Below, in pieces: positions 36,306 to 50,266 of a DNA stretch of 64,000 nucleotides. The DNA lies in the NCBI GenBank assembly GCA_964016885.1, contig OZ024746.1, positions 81,282,001-81,346,000 on the forward strand, written 5' to 3'. The notes below the pieces were generated by a model that was not told where the DNA came from, ran no database searches, and worked only from the letters and a program-made list of their open reading frames with translations. Each line of letters opens with the position of its first letter. Positions within the stretch are counted from its first letter, which is position 1. The position numbers were made by a program, and so were the translations under genes. The DNA is from Eledone cirrhosa (taxonomy: Eukaryota).

Positions 36306-39064
36306 ATTATTATTATAGTCATCAATATCCGAGAGCAATTGTGTTGCTATGTTTGTAACTCTGCTTTTTGTAACCAATGTCAAACTGACTTTATGTATGC
36401 CCAGCATTATAAAAGCTTGCTAATAAAATATAAAATAAATACATAAAACCTAAATGAAATAATTGTTTAGTAATCCTAGTTAAACATTTGGATTTCCTAG
36501 CTTCAGTAGCTTCTGAGACTCAAGCAGCCAATATAGCAAATAAACCCATAAAAGTAGAGGAACCTAAGATTTCAGGGGTTGGGTGTGTTGGATAGAGAAG
36601 TGATAAACAAATTTCTGATTTAAACACAAGAACAATTTGTGGTGATGGGAAGTCGTTTATATTAATCCCAGTAGATGGCTGGACAGATGAAAGGCAAAGT
36701 TGACCTTGGTGAGATTTGAACACACAATATAAAAAGCTGTAACTAAATGCTGCAAAATGATTCTACTAATCCACCATAATGGTAGTACTTTGCAATATTG
36801 TAAAGAATTTAATTTAAGATAATTTTCACCATGAATGGTTGAGAAGGAGATTACATTCTGATGATGGCTTGTGTTGTCATTGCTGAATAGTGCTAGTGAA
36901 ATGATAAGAAATTTAACAGACATTCTACATGAGCACCTAGAAACTAAATGAACAATTTATAGTCTAAATATATCATATATATTAAATGTGAAGTACAACA
37001 AAACAGTCTTTTTATTATTCTCATAATGTTTAGAAAAATTATCAGAAGCATTTTTAATAAGACCAGTCATCATCACTGCCTTCTAATAAAATTGCTAAAA
37101 GGTTGAGCTAACTACTTCAACTAGAAATAACAGCCATATTTTTTTCAAGGGACAGAAATATAGAAAATTGTAATTCTTGAGATATTGTCTAAAAAATGAT
37201 GGAGTGATTGTGTTTTGAATAACTTTGATCCTAAATTTGCTCAATCAAGGATGAGCTAAATATCACCAGCGTTGAACAATTATGTATGCGTGAATTCATA
37301 ACTCTTAGTTGAGTTGTAGGGGCACCATAGTGGCATACAGCAGGTATTGGACCTTTAGAACCTGGTGGATCCAATTCTCTCCATGTCTGAACATAAATTT
37401 CTTCCAGAGAAGTCGATAGAGAGGAAATGAGAAAGAGATATAAAATGGTATATTTGTTATCGAGCTCAAAAGGATGAAAGGCAAAGTTGACCATGGCAGG
37501 TTTTGAATTCAGAGTGCCGTGAGTGAGAACGAATAATGCAAAGCATTCTATCCAACATTCTAGCAACTCTGCCAATTCACTACCTTAAACAGTTATACAG
37601 AACTACTTTTACTTACAGTGAACTGTATCACTATATAGTGCTGCCAAAAAGGAAGACCAAGGAAGATTTGAGCAGAGGTACTGAAAGCTTATCTCAAAAT
37701 GTTGAACTTTATAAAGGAAAGAGACAAGTTAAGCCACACTATACTGGACATTCAAGAATGGAAAAAAAGATGTAAAAATAATCTTCATATCTATTGAATT
37801 TATCTTCCTTGTGTTTTAATCAATTTTGAAAATAATTAAAGCTTCAGAGAGATTTAGTAAACTAATAAAATTTTTAATCATCAAAAACGAGAGTTTTTGT
37901 ACCATAAAACCAAAGTGTTTTGGTATTAAAATGTTAACTAGTAGGCTCTCATGAAAATAAATTGCAATTCAGGATTATGAAGCAGAAAGAAAGAAGTATA
38001 CAGAAATATGAGTCAAAACAGTACATTACTATGCTTGCCAGATGAAATTAAGGAGCGGCATATGATGAAACTAACTGTAATAGGCATAGGTATAAACCCT
38101 ATAAGAGTGGAAATTTTAGAAGGGTTCTGTCTATACAGGAATGGCAGTATACTGCCAAAATAAAGAAGTTAGGTAAGGTTTACAGTTGATTCTCAAGTGG
38201 TGTAGTTAGCAGTAGTAGATGGCAGTGAAAAGATTGATTTACAAAAACCATCATGGCTAGAATGTTTTCATTCTGATGTGAGCAAATTTTACAATAGGTT
38301 ATTTAAAAGGAAAAAGAAATCACTGAACAATCTAAAAATATTAATACAGATTGTAGTATAATTCTAAAAATATTGAATCATATTCTATTCATAAAAAGTA
38401 GAGAATTTGGTTCAATTCTAGACTGCAAAGAATGATATATGTCCAGAATTAATATCTATTTTAAGGTACAGATAATATTACATCATTTAATAATTTTTAA
38501 ATTAGATTAGTAGAACACAACAGATTAGTGGAAAATGTATAGCAGATCTGTTTGTTAATACAAACAAGTCCATAATATAAAGCAACATATTGATTTCCAT
38601 TTTAAATTCAACAGTTTATTGTATTTACTGATTGAATCAGATGTTCTATATGATAAAAATTAATTTGCTGATACGAGACAGTTGCAAAGCAATGAAAAAT
38701 TGAGATTAACATAGAAAATACATTATACAGTGAAGTTTATAAGCTTGGATAAGTTTATATCTATATCTCATAAGGAGAAAAGGATACTGATGTATAGGAA
38801 CTGAAACTGTCTGAAAAAGAAACAGAACATAGTAACAATAAATAAATAACCTGGCAACAACAGTGTCCGAGGAAACTGGTGGTCAGCAAAAATGTGTTTC
38901 TCTCTCAAAGTGTCAGTCCCAAAATATCGGATTCCTCTACTCTCCATGGTATACAATCTGATCCAAACTCATAAACTTCAATGTATAATTTTTGCTATAG
39001 CAGACCATAATCACTTTCCTCAGAATTTTGTTCTTTGACTTATTATAATCATGGTTGAACTAGT

Positions 39065-39306
39065 CAACTCTATTGTTACTACATCTCTAACGAGAAACAC
39101 TAACCATGCCTTTCAAATAATTTTGAAAATAATCAAAAATTTAGAAGGATTTAGTAATATAACTTTCTCTATTATCAAATTGGTGTTTAGGAAATAAAGG
39201 TTCAAACATAAAACTATGGTGGAAGGTTTTCATTATAGAGAGTTTTAAAGAGTTCTATGGCATAAAACCAGGGGTCGTTTAAGGTAGCTTGGTATCAAAA
39301 GGGTTA
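39065..39306 (+). mobile_element. piggyBac-like MITE family 2
   Basis: Ends in ggtatcaaaaGGGTTAA; internal similarity to 17875-18130 and, inverted, to 62935-63178. Confidence 0.7.
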
Positions 39307-42300
39307 AGTGGACAGAAGCAAGGCTGAGTGGTTAAGAAGTTCGTTTTGCAATCTCAATGGCCCATATTCAATTTCCTTTTGTGTGTGGCATCTTGAGCAA
39401 GTGTCTGTAACCATTCCCTCAGGTCGACCTAAATCTTTAATATTGGTTAGACAGAATCAGTGCAGAAACTTGTCTGATGGATTATATGGATTATACCAGT
39501 AATTCAAAAGACCACCCTTGTTACATTGTGTCATGCCGATTCTGCCAGAGTATTATGTTATGGGTACACAATCTAGGAAAGACTCAGCTACTTACACATT
39601 AATTTAATGAGTATGATGATCAGTTGATCATACAAATGAATTCTCATGATCAACACCAACTTAGGAGCCATCAGTTAAGTCCCAGAGAAAATTATTCTTA
39701 TCTTTCTGAGTGATCCTTTGTTTATATATATATATAGTACACCACCATCATCAAAATAATTGATATATATCAGTGATCCCATGTTCCTATCTATAGTTAC
39801 ACACCACCATCATCATCAGAATTAATACATATATATTTCAGCCTCTCTTACTCTCTCCTTGTTAAAGTATTTTACTGCTTAAGAAAAACAGACTTTGATT
39901 TATTAAGATTTTGGTAATGGTAGCACCAAAAAATGAATCTTAGTTATAATTTCACAGTATGTTAATTACAACATTGTTGTAATCCATTTCATTATGTATC
40001 TTTTAATTAATTGCTAGTAATTATATATGAAGTGTATTTAAAGTAACAAATTATAAGTGAAAAGTTATTTATATAACTAATATAATTGTTTATATACAAA
40101 GAGTTTTGTTGTTGATACTGTTGTTTATAAGATTGATATTTCTTACCCAAATTAGCTCTCTCATAATCTTATATATTGTTATTCCTTGGACTAACTATAC
40201 TACAACACACAAAAACTAGGACAGACAATCAGATCTAATTCAGCAAGTTTAGGTAACTAAATGAAGCAATTCAGGACTGCCTGTCAGGGAAATAATAAGA
40301 TTGCTGGCAACAGCAACAATCCTCCCATTTGAAAGGCTACAGATGAGTAGGTGAATGTTTATACACAAGCTAACATCTAAGATTACAATATTACACTACA
40401 GAGTTCCTGCAAGCAGAGAGAGAAGAGAGAAAAAAAAATCTGTCAGAGAATGGGAACTTGAGAAATCTACCAACCAGATTTATTTATCAGATGAAAAAAA
40501 AAAAAAAAAATGAATATATAAACAAAAATATTCTAACCAATAGAAACGAGTTTTGGAAGTTTTCAGTGCCTACAGCAAATATGATGACGATGGTGATGAT
40601 GAAGCAGCTTTGGGAAAATACCTTTTAAGCATAATATGTTGAATGATAAATAATCTAATTTATATTTTTAATAAGTCAAATAGGGGAGAGGCTGCTGGAA
40701 TGTATGACAAAGTAGACTTAGAGGTTAAACAGAAACCTGACAGAGTTTAGACAGATTTTTGAGGGAGAGAAAGAGAGAGGGGATGAGTGTATGAATGTGT
40801 GTGTATGTTTTCTGAATTTTCAGTTTTTTTTTTATAATGATTCTCTTTCAAACCATGCAGTAGTAATATGGTGAAAGTTTCATTTTTAACAGACTGCAAC
40901 AATCCTCAGAATATACCAGAAATAGAAATGATTTAAGGGTGGGGTAGCAGTTTAATGTCTAGCCAACACTTTTCTTATTGTGCCCCCTCCTCCTACCCCC
41001 CACATTAAGCTTCAACATATTACATACTTTAATTAAGGCAAAAGACATTATGGCACTATTTAAACAATCTTCATAGACAGAAAGATTTTTGTCAGCTGTA
41101 AACCTTCCCCTTTTCATAACTTTACTGTCCTGAGAATTGAGATAAGTAGTGAGGTTTAACCATTTTGGTACCAACCAGCCTGAAACAAACCCTGGTTCTA
41201 TAATGGGAAATTGCTTCTTTTAATGTAATAAAGAGGAATGATATATAATAGCTTCCATCATCATCATTGTCATTTTTAAGGGTGGTTTTTCGTGCTGGCA
41301 TGGGTTGGCGAGGAAATTATTTTGAGGCAGTGTTCTGTAGCTAAATGCCCTTCCTAGTGCCAATCCTTACATTTTTTTAAAAGTAAGGTATTTATAGATC
41401 TCCATACAGCAAACTACAAAGCCATGGAACATTTATGTGGGATATAAACAAACATCACCACAAGCCATGTGAAATGCAAAGGGAAGTCACAGAAACAAAC
41501 AAACACACACATATATACATTTCTATGCATACACACATATTTATATGTATATATGTGTATGTGCAATAAGGGAACTGATTTTAAATGATGGTAATGTCAA
41601 TGACAGGCTTTCTATAGTTTCTGTCTACCAAATTCACTCACAAAGCATTGGTGAACCCACCTTTCATCATTAATAGTAAACCTACCTACATTGCCATATG
41701 AACATATGAACATTACTCATACAACTGTGGTTTAAAAAAGTACAGATATAAAAAAAGAAAGATCCTGTCCAATCCTTGTCTGGTGGAATTGTGGGTGTGA
41801 AAAATAATTATGAAATCTTTTCCATTTTTATGTGAACCACTCACACCTTACTAATGTAATTAATAACTCTAGTCAGCCACCCTACCTTCATATGACCTAG
41901 AAACATACATCTATGTGAACAAGAAAACTTTCATACATCTACAATTTCACAATATATTGATGTGCAGTCACACATACTCATACAAGACTAGCCCAACTTC
42001 ATACAAACCAACAATTTCTGAACCAACATATGATATCAATCACAGTGAATATGCTTAAGTGTATTTTGGATGAGATTCTTGAAATAAATCAAGCAATGTC
42101 CTCTCTTCTTAATCCTTAATGTATCTTCCTATCTTATCAGTTAGATGGTTTTGTATATATGGTCAAAGAAATTGAAAATTATATTGGTTAATACTCTTTC
42201 TTCATGCGAGTCACTCAATAATGATGTAAATTGTTGCCCACTGGTTGACTTCAACATCATAATCTGCTCTAATATCTATATCCATTATTTATGGGTCAGA

Positions 42301-42737
42301 CAAATAACAATGTGAAATATTAAGATTTACCCATTGAAAAAAATTAATGCCAGAGGTTTCATTCTCTGGACTTTGAGTTAATAGTGTGGTGTATCAGACT
42401 TTCATTGGTTTTGACGATGAGGATTCCAATTGTTTGATCAGCATAACATCTTGCTCATGAAATTAACATGCAAATGGCTGAGCATTCCACAAATACATAT
42501 AACTCGCAGAGAGATTTAATGTGATAAAACTGGCCCTTTGAATTACAAATGTAACTCATTTTTGCCAGTTAGGCTGGAGCAATGTATTATAAAGTGTCTT
42601 TCCCATGGGTACAACAGGCTGCTAGGAATTGAATTCATGACCTTTCAATTGTGAGCCAAACATCTTAACCACTAAGCCATACACTTTCACCAAGTCAGCT
42701 TAACCATCAGATCACTATATATATATACATACATACA

Positions 42738-42896
42738 CAGTGAAATTCCATTATAATGAAATTCATGGAGTATAAAAAAAAATTCTTTTATAATGAGATC
42801 GACCTAACACATCGAGTGTGTGGCTGGGGATCAAACAAAATTTTGTTATACTGAAAAATTTGTTACAATGGTATTCGTTATATTATATTTTACCTG
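42738..42896. mobile_element. Tigger/pogo-like MITE (degenerate)
   Basis: CAGTGAAATTCCATTATAATGAA at the left end and TTCGTTATATTATATTTTACCTG-TA at the right form imperfect terminal inverted repeats, set in TA-rich repeats. Confidence 0.5.
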
Positions 42897-42915
42897 TATT
42901 TATATATATATTTAC

Positions 42916-42966
<51 letters not shown>

Positions 42967-44068
42967 ATTACATTCATTACGTTGATGGAAGCAAACATTA
43001 AAATAAAGTATCTAAGTATGAAATATTCTTGATGTCTTTTTGTTTTCGTTGGTGCATAAAAATGATCATTGCACCAAATAATCACAAAAATGTGAGGAGT
43101 CAAAGTTGTGTAAGTTCATTTTCAGAGACGATGACCACAGAGTTCAGGTTTTAATTGTTTTTGTTGCCAATATATAAGATTAATACATATCAATTTTATA
43201 TAGTTCTCAGATACGAAGAGAATATATTGAAACAAGAAATTTAATCTTGTTTTTAACTATTTAGAACTGGAATTGCTTCAGAAATGATAAAGTTTTAAGA
43301 TAGTGACCACAAAAAGCTTTTTAACTTTCATCAATGAAATTGACTAAACTAATTCTATGTACTAATACACAGAGAAATAGCTGAAATCTTTCATATGAAC
43401 AATATTAATTGGTGTACATTTTAAAGAGTAGAATTTGAAAGAGAGAACAGGAAGAAACAGTAGGATGCTTGGTTCAACCACCTTTGAGAAAACATACATC
43501 TCTTCTTGGGATGTATTATAAACAAACCGATTAAATATACATTGGTATCATTATGTAATTCGTCTACATAAAAATATGCAAAGTTAGGAAACTTATTTGT
43601 TCAAAACAGGCATCATTTTTAAAAACAGGATAAAAGCAAATCTAAATCAGAAACATACAATTTTCTATGTTATATCAGTAAAAGGTATATAGGACTTGAT
43701 CTTGATCAGTTTGGCCTAACAAAAATAATAAGTCACAGGTTAGTTATAGCAATTTGAGCAATTTAATAAAGGAACTTATAATCAAAGTTTATCATACACA
43801 TTAACTGTTCACAAAATAACTTGAGCCCACAGATAAATAAATACCAAGATATGCTGAATATAAGAAATTAATTGTTTCTGAATAATGTTCTGGCAACAGA
43901 ACCTTAAATAACAGGACCCTTAAGGAAAGGGAGATATAAAAATAATCATTGAGCAAAGTAAGTAATTTCCTAAATTTTAGAAAAAAATATATTGTTCTAT
44001 GTTGTATGAAAAATATTTAGTAACATGTAATAGTACAGTGATTCTGTGGTTTAAATATATCTATATAT

Positions 44069-44460
44069 GGAGGCACATAGCTTAGTGGTTAGAACATTAG
44101 GCTTGCAATTGAAAGGTTGTGAGTTCAATTCTCAGACCGTGTGATGTGTTGTTTCCTTGAGCAAGACACTTTATTTCACATTGCTCCAGTTTACTCAGCT
44201 GTAAAAATGAGATGATAAGACTGGGGTCCCTATCATTCCACTGCAAAGTGGTTGTGGAGGTGCCACGGCAAAAAAGCACCCAGCCCACACTGTAAAGTAG
44301 ACGAGTAGGCGCCACGGAAAAAAAAAGCACCCAGCACTCACTGTAAATGAGGTTGGTGTTAGGAAGGGCATCCAGCTGTAGAAATAAAGCCAGAATCAGT
44401 TCACATCCCACCCTTGCAAGCAGGGAAAAGCAGGCGTAAAATGATGATGATGATGATGAT
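44069..44460 (+). mobile_element. Family T SINE, full length
   Basis: ggaggcacatagcttagtggttagaac...gtgagttcaattctc...ccttgagcaagacac..., two internal repeats, then ggcgtaaaatgatgatgat. Confidence 0.92.
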
Positions 44461-46956
44461 ACCAAAAACTGCCCACTCATTTATTCCTGTGTCAGAATGA
44501 TATTCTAAATAATAGAGAAAATTTAAATGAGCAGACGTTTTACAGCTGCATGCCTTTCCTAATACCAAATGAAACATTTATAATCTGGTAGTCAAGTCTG
44601 AAAAACTTCCTAAATTAGCCTAAATATATTAACTAGAATGTTAATGAAACAATAAAGTCACAGTAAGTTTCTTAGACGAAATACATTTTATGTGCGAATT
44701 ACTACCATGTGTTTGATTGGCAAATCCTAAGTGGTTTCCACTTGATGAGAAAAATACTAGAGCTACTTTACAACATAACAATGCAAGTTTATTAATTGTT
44801 TCAAATCATTAAGTATTCATTTGAAACTACTCATATTAAAAATCTAAATCTTGCTACTGGTTGCATCACACATCTAGACAAGACAGCAAGTAATAAAGAA
44901 TTTGCTGTAGGTAGGTTACATGAAGATGTGTATGATCTCGAAATTGGCAGTAGGAAGAAGGTATGTTGTAAAACAAGAGATGAAACAATTTGAGTAAATA
45001 TCAGAATTTGTAAAGCTGAACCCATCAGATTTATGTTATCATTGAAAACCAGAAACTCATTCTTAACACATGATGGTTTGTACAAATGGAAAAGTGAAGC
45101 TAACTGCAGTTATTTAGTTTGGTCATGTTATTTTATAGATTAGTTAGGCCATTAATGTTTCTGTATTTCTTTTACCAACTCATTGTCATCATCATCATCA
45201 CCACCACAACCACCATTTGGCATCCATTTCTCTTGCTAATAAAAGTTGGACCATTATTGAGAAAAAAATATTTATTCCGGAAAGTCATGTTTAGAGAGGG
45301 GGACAGATTATTGTTGCAATCCTATAGAGAGAGTTCACGACAGAGATTCATAAAATAAGGCTTAACTTGATCCACTTTATACCACTGAGAATAAAACCAG
45401 AATGAAAGAAAATAGAACAATTTTTTGTGAAGAATGAAAAACGTTTCAAAGACAAAAGAAGAATTTTCAACCTATGTGACTTGAGAACAAATTCATAAAA
45501 CTATTTAATATATGAAATATGTTCTAATTATTTATAAGGTTTGTTTTACCCAATTCTAAAGAAAAGTCTGTAGGTGAATTCCTACTTCTCCTGAACTATT
45601 CATTATAAAAAAAAATTACAACCATCACTTACAATCGAGTATGACTTGGTAGTATTTACCATGCTTTCAAAAAGGGTTTTACATGCCCATGTAGTCACAA
45701 GCAGACAAAAACACCCTCTCTCCCTTGAACCATTAAAATATCCAAGATGTGACAGCTGGAAAGAAAGAGAGCTATACCAGCACTGGGCTGGTACTTTCTT
45801 TATCAACCTCAAAAGGATGAAAAGCAAAGTGCCCCTTGGCAGGAGTTGAACACAGAATGCAGAGACAAGGAACAAATATCCAACCCTCTAACAACTTGCT
45901 CAAATTGACTGCCTTGAACCTTTCATTACAAATTAATATTTACTTCATGATATTTTTGTCATAGTAGCTTTACTATGTTAAACCAATGGGTTTCTTTGGG
46001 GTTAGGTGGTAGTGTTAGTTTGCCTCAAATCAATCACATTTATGTAGGAAATGATAGGAACAAGTGTGTTTCACATCGATTGTTTACAATATCTGATAAC
46101 AATGTATTGTGGGTGAGTTATTATACAGCTATTTCACTGAAGTATATAGACAAGTAACATTGCTGTTGAGTAATTATTTAGTCACACATTATCCAACTTC
46201 TAGCAACATATCTAAAACCTTTAAGCTGCTAAGATAACAACAGACTGTGGCATACAAAGAAGTTACATGGTTTCTATTGAGCTGGGTTTTGTAGCCATCA
46301 TGTCTGAGATAGGACAGCAATGAAATATAAGTGCAGGTCATTGAATTTGGCTCTTGTGTTTATTGGATGTGCTAGCTTTCATTATTATTGTCAGAGAATA
46401 ATGACAGGACAACTTGCATGACAGCTAAAAAAAGTTGGCATTCCATACTATGCTTTTTTTTTTCTTTTTATAAAATCTCAACTGGAAGATAGGAGGAAAA
46501 GAAAAAACCAACAAAATAAGGTAAAAATAAAAGAAACAGAAACCTTAAATCAAAGAACAAGTGTGGAATATTCCAAAATTGCTTTAAAAGAAAATTAGAG
46601 TTTAAAAAAAAATGAAAACAAAGAAATAGTAAATAAATAAAAATAAAAACAAAATGTATTGATTTTACTAATTAGTCAAAATAGAGAAACAAAAAGAAAT
46701 GATACTGATATTCTGAGAGAAAACTCTGAAAAACTAGTGAAGAGGCAGACAAAAGTGGGGACAATCTCTATACTCATCTTGATAGAATTTAACAATTTCT
46801 AGTATCAAAAGTACTGTTATAAATATTTCCTTTGAATTTCAATCTTTAAAGAAATGTTAACACATTAATGTGTTCATTGTTTTTTATAAGTGTAAAATAT
46901 ATCTATTCTCAATATGTTTGAAATCAAAGAATATAGAGATATATTAATTGTAATTT

Positions 46957-47013
46957 GTCCCACCCTTGCAAGCAGGGAAAAGCGGACGTAAAATGATGAT
47001 GATGATGATGATG
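46957..47013 (+). mobile_element. Severely 5'-truncated family T SINE (tail only)
   Basis: cccacccttgcaagcagggaaaagcggacgtaaaatgatgatgatgatgatga matches the family T 3' end. Confidence 0.85.
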
Positions 47014-47479
47014 AATAATTAATATTTGAATGTTATCTTATCACTAACCAAAGAATAGCACACTAATAAGATGATAAGAGTAAAAAAAAAAAAAAAAGAT
47101 ATGCAATCAAAATGCATAAAAAAGTGAAATTATAATCTTCTCAGATGAACATTTTTTCATAATCTAAGACTATATTTAGATGAATTTGAATGAAAAAAAA
47201 AAAGGCGAAATATCATCATTTAACATTGACTCTCCCTGCTAGCAAGCATTGGACAGGTTACCACAGATCAAATCAGTACTCAATCAGAGCCACTAATTTT
47301 ATTAGACAATAGTAAAATTACTAATTCTAAACAGAGATTTGTATATAAAAATGTTGTATACTTAAGATATTACACTAGAGAACTATGGAAAACTTAATAT
47401 GATGAAAATGGATAAATCCTGCGTTAATAGTAAGTATAATATCTAATTAGAATTTTCACCAGAATGTTGGGTTTTAAGA

Positions 47480-47712
47480 ATGGTTTTTAATCTAGGCACA
47501 AAGCCAACAATTTTGGTAGAGGGAAAGGTCGTTTAAATAGACCCCAGTATGTGACTGGTACTTTATTTAATCAATCCCATAAGGATGAAAGGCAAAGCTA
47601 ACCTTAGCAGGATTGGAATTCAGAACATAAAGGGCTGTAACTATATAGCCTTTTACATTCTGAGTTCAAATCTCACTGAGGTTAGCTTTCCCTTTCATCC
47701 TTATGGGGTCGA
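47480..47712 (-). mobile_element. Family M SINE fragment with a local foldback (inverted duplication)
   Basis: 47571-47636 and 47647-47712 are imperfect reverse complements around the loop GTAACTATAT. Confidence 0.85.
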
Positions 47713-50266
47713 GGGTTAAAGAAAGGATTTATATCATCATTATCATTTTATGTTTGATATTCCTTGCTAGCTTCGGTCTTCCCTGATCCCTTATCAGATC
47801 TTTCATAAAGTACAGCTTCCTGAGATCAGCTTTTACTTCATTCCAAGTGCTCTATTCACACAGGTTCTTTTGATTTCAATCATCTGGTACTCCTTTACTG
47901 AACAGCCATCCTACATGCATAGTCCTTCTCTGTCAGCTTGCATCACTTATGCAGCCAAACTTTACAAAAAATGCACCATATGGGATTTCCACTTACTCCA
48001 TTTTCTGTAAACTGAGCATGGATACTTCCCAGATGGCAGTAGTGTCCTGTCTTTTCTATTGCCAACATATTTGCTAGAGCTAGGTGTTGGTTCTACATTT
48101 AGAATTTCGTTTCTAATTCTTTAACACTTTCAGCTATGAGAACTAGGTCCTTGGGATAAAGAGGTTCCCACAGGCAACTGGTCTTAAAATCCTGTTATAG
48201 TCAAGAGAAAAATATATATCTATGTATGTATTAAAGGGGTGTGTTATGTAGAACAGGCAGACAGTAATTGAATGAGTACTTAATACATGTGAACAGAGTA
48301 TGTTTTATTTTTCAAAGTATGTGGTAGTGACTTCGAAGTTTTGGCTGTCTTGCCTCTTTACCTTTTCAGATTACTATTTTGTTTTAAGTTATTTATATGT
48401 TTAGTTCTGGTAATTAGGGGTGGTATAATTGTTGATTAGTAGGTGGATATATATATCTGTGCATGTGTGTGTATGTATGAAAAATAGGTGTTCTGAATCT
48501 GTCTATATTTAGATTTAATGCAGTTAAAAATAGAAATCCCAAAGATATTTACAAAGCTATTTACATTGGAATCATGACTATTGTATGTATGCATGAGATA
48601 GACTGAAATGAGAAGTAGAATGAGATTAGATCTAGTTTACTTTAAGCATGCCAACATATGCATACTTTATTTGTAAAAGGAATCATTATATTTACTTACC
48701 AATAACAGTATTAAAAAGGAAAAAAAAACCCTATGGTTGTAGTAGGTATGAATGGAAACGTGTACTAAGTTGAGTATTGTCTCACACATCATATCAATTC
48801 ATAATTCCCAAGAGAAAAATAATCTATAAACATTATAAACAAACAAAACCTGATTCTGGGAAGAAAAAAAATGAAATATTCTGAACATGTTACCACAATT
48901 TAGTTATTGAAACACTTAACAGTGCCACAGAGGAGAATGTCTGTTATATTATTGTTCATGTTATCCTTCTGTTCACTAAGGAAATTCTACTTTAAATGTT
49001 TCTAAGATTATTCAGGCAAAATTTCAATAAATCCCAATTCTATTTATTTACCACAGCATATGCAAAGATATAAACAGAAATACGAATTTTGAATGGGTTC
49101 TTAATACTATTTCTATCGATTTTAAATTTTCTTTACTGTTTATAAACCTAAAACATATTTAAATATATTTAAATGTATGATATTTATTTTCAAATTTTGC
49201 TCATCCAAATATTTCTATTAAATATATAATATACAGTTAGTTAAGGCTAATTTTGATTCCCATTTTGCTCAGTCAGCTAAGCTGAAACATTACACATTAT
49301 AAATAGAAATTTTCTAATATTGTCAGAAACGATCTGAATAAAGTAAATATTTGTTGGAATGCTGTATGAAAAATGTAAAATAATCAAAGAAAAAGAAGAA
49401 AAAAAAACATCCTTTTACCACCAAGACATATTTATATAGTAAACGGTATTAGATAAAAACAAAAGGAGTTTATTTCCATGGCATAGAAAACCCTTCTCTG
49501 GTTAAACAGGTTATGCTTTGGAACAGCAAACATGCTTGCTCCATTATTCAAAACTAAGAAAGATACACAAGAACAAAAACATCTTTGAAGCAATGGTTGA
49601 AAAGTTTAGTTACTTAACTCTTTATGCTTGGTTTAAGTCAACACAGGTGAACTAGCTTTCCTGAGCAAAGATTATTTTTCAAATACTTTACCAACATATT
49701 CAGAAAAAAAAAAAGAAACAAAGATCAAAAGGAAAAAAAGAGAAAGATAGAAAGAAAGTGGTTATGACCCACTATTTGAGAGCATGTGTCATTTGGGGCT
49801 GTGGTTAGCTGGCACTTAAGCACAGTAAAACTAGATTTACAGAAACAGACAGAAATAGAAACAAGAAAAATGTAGTAATTAATTTTCCTAAAATGGTATC
49901 AATTAACCAGTATTCTTAGCTATGTCTACTTATTAGCAGTGACAATGATTTCGTTCAGCTTGTCACATGACAGTTTTTACAACTTTGACTGGCAAATACA
50001 TTCAGTGACATCATTTTGGCTTAAAATTCAGAGAAGAGTTTCATGGTTCATAAAATAGATAGGAGCACTATGAAGATTAAAAAAAAAAAAATAAATAAAT
50101 AAAAAAAATGATATAAGAAAATATGAGTATATTGGAATAAGTGAATATTGGTGGGCAGAAATGTACTGCATAAATTATACTAAATTATTGAGAGCAAGTG
50201 AGTGTGGTGTATGTATGTGTAAGAGACAGAAGGAGTCACTGTGATGGTGAGTATGAGGGGTAAGTG

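Noticed and set aside
38851-38957. Exon-like segment MESRGIRYFGTD...LLP with AG/GT ends
   Set aside because: It is 107 nt with a weak donor, and the open frame ends in phase 1 while the next YAP exon needs phase 2; the phase-2 frame has a stop.
44069-44140. tRNA gene candidates (A/B boxes in SINE heads)
   Set aside because: They continue into SINE bodies and tails and do not form a proper cloverleaf.
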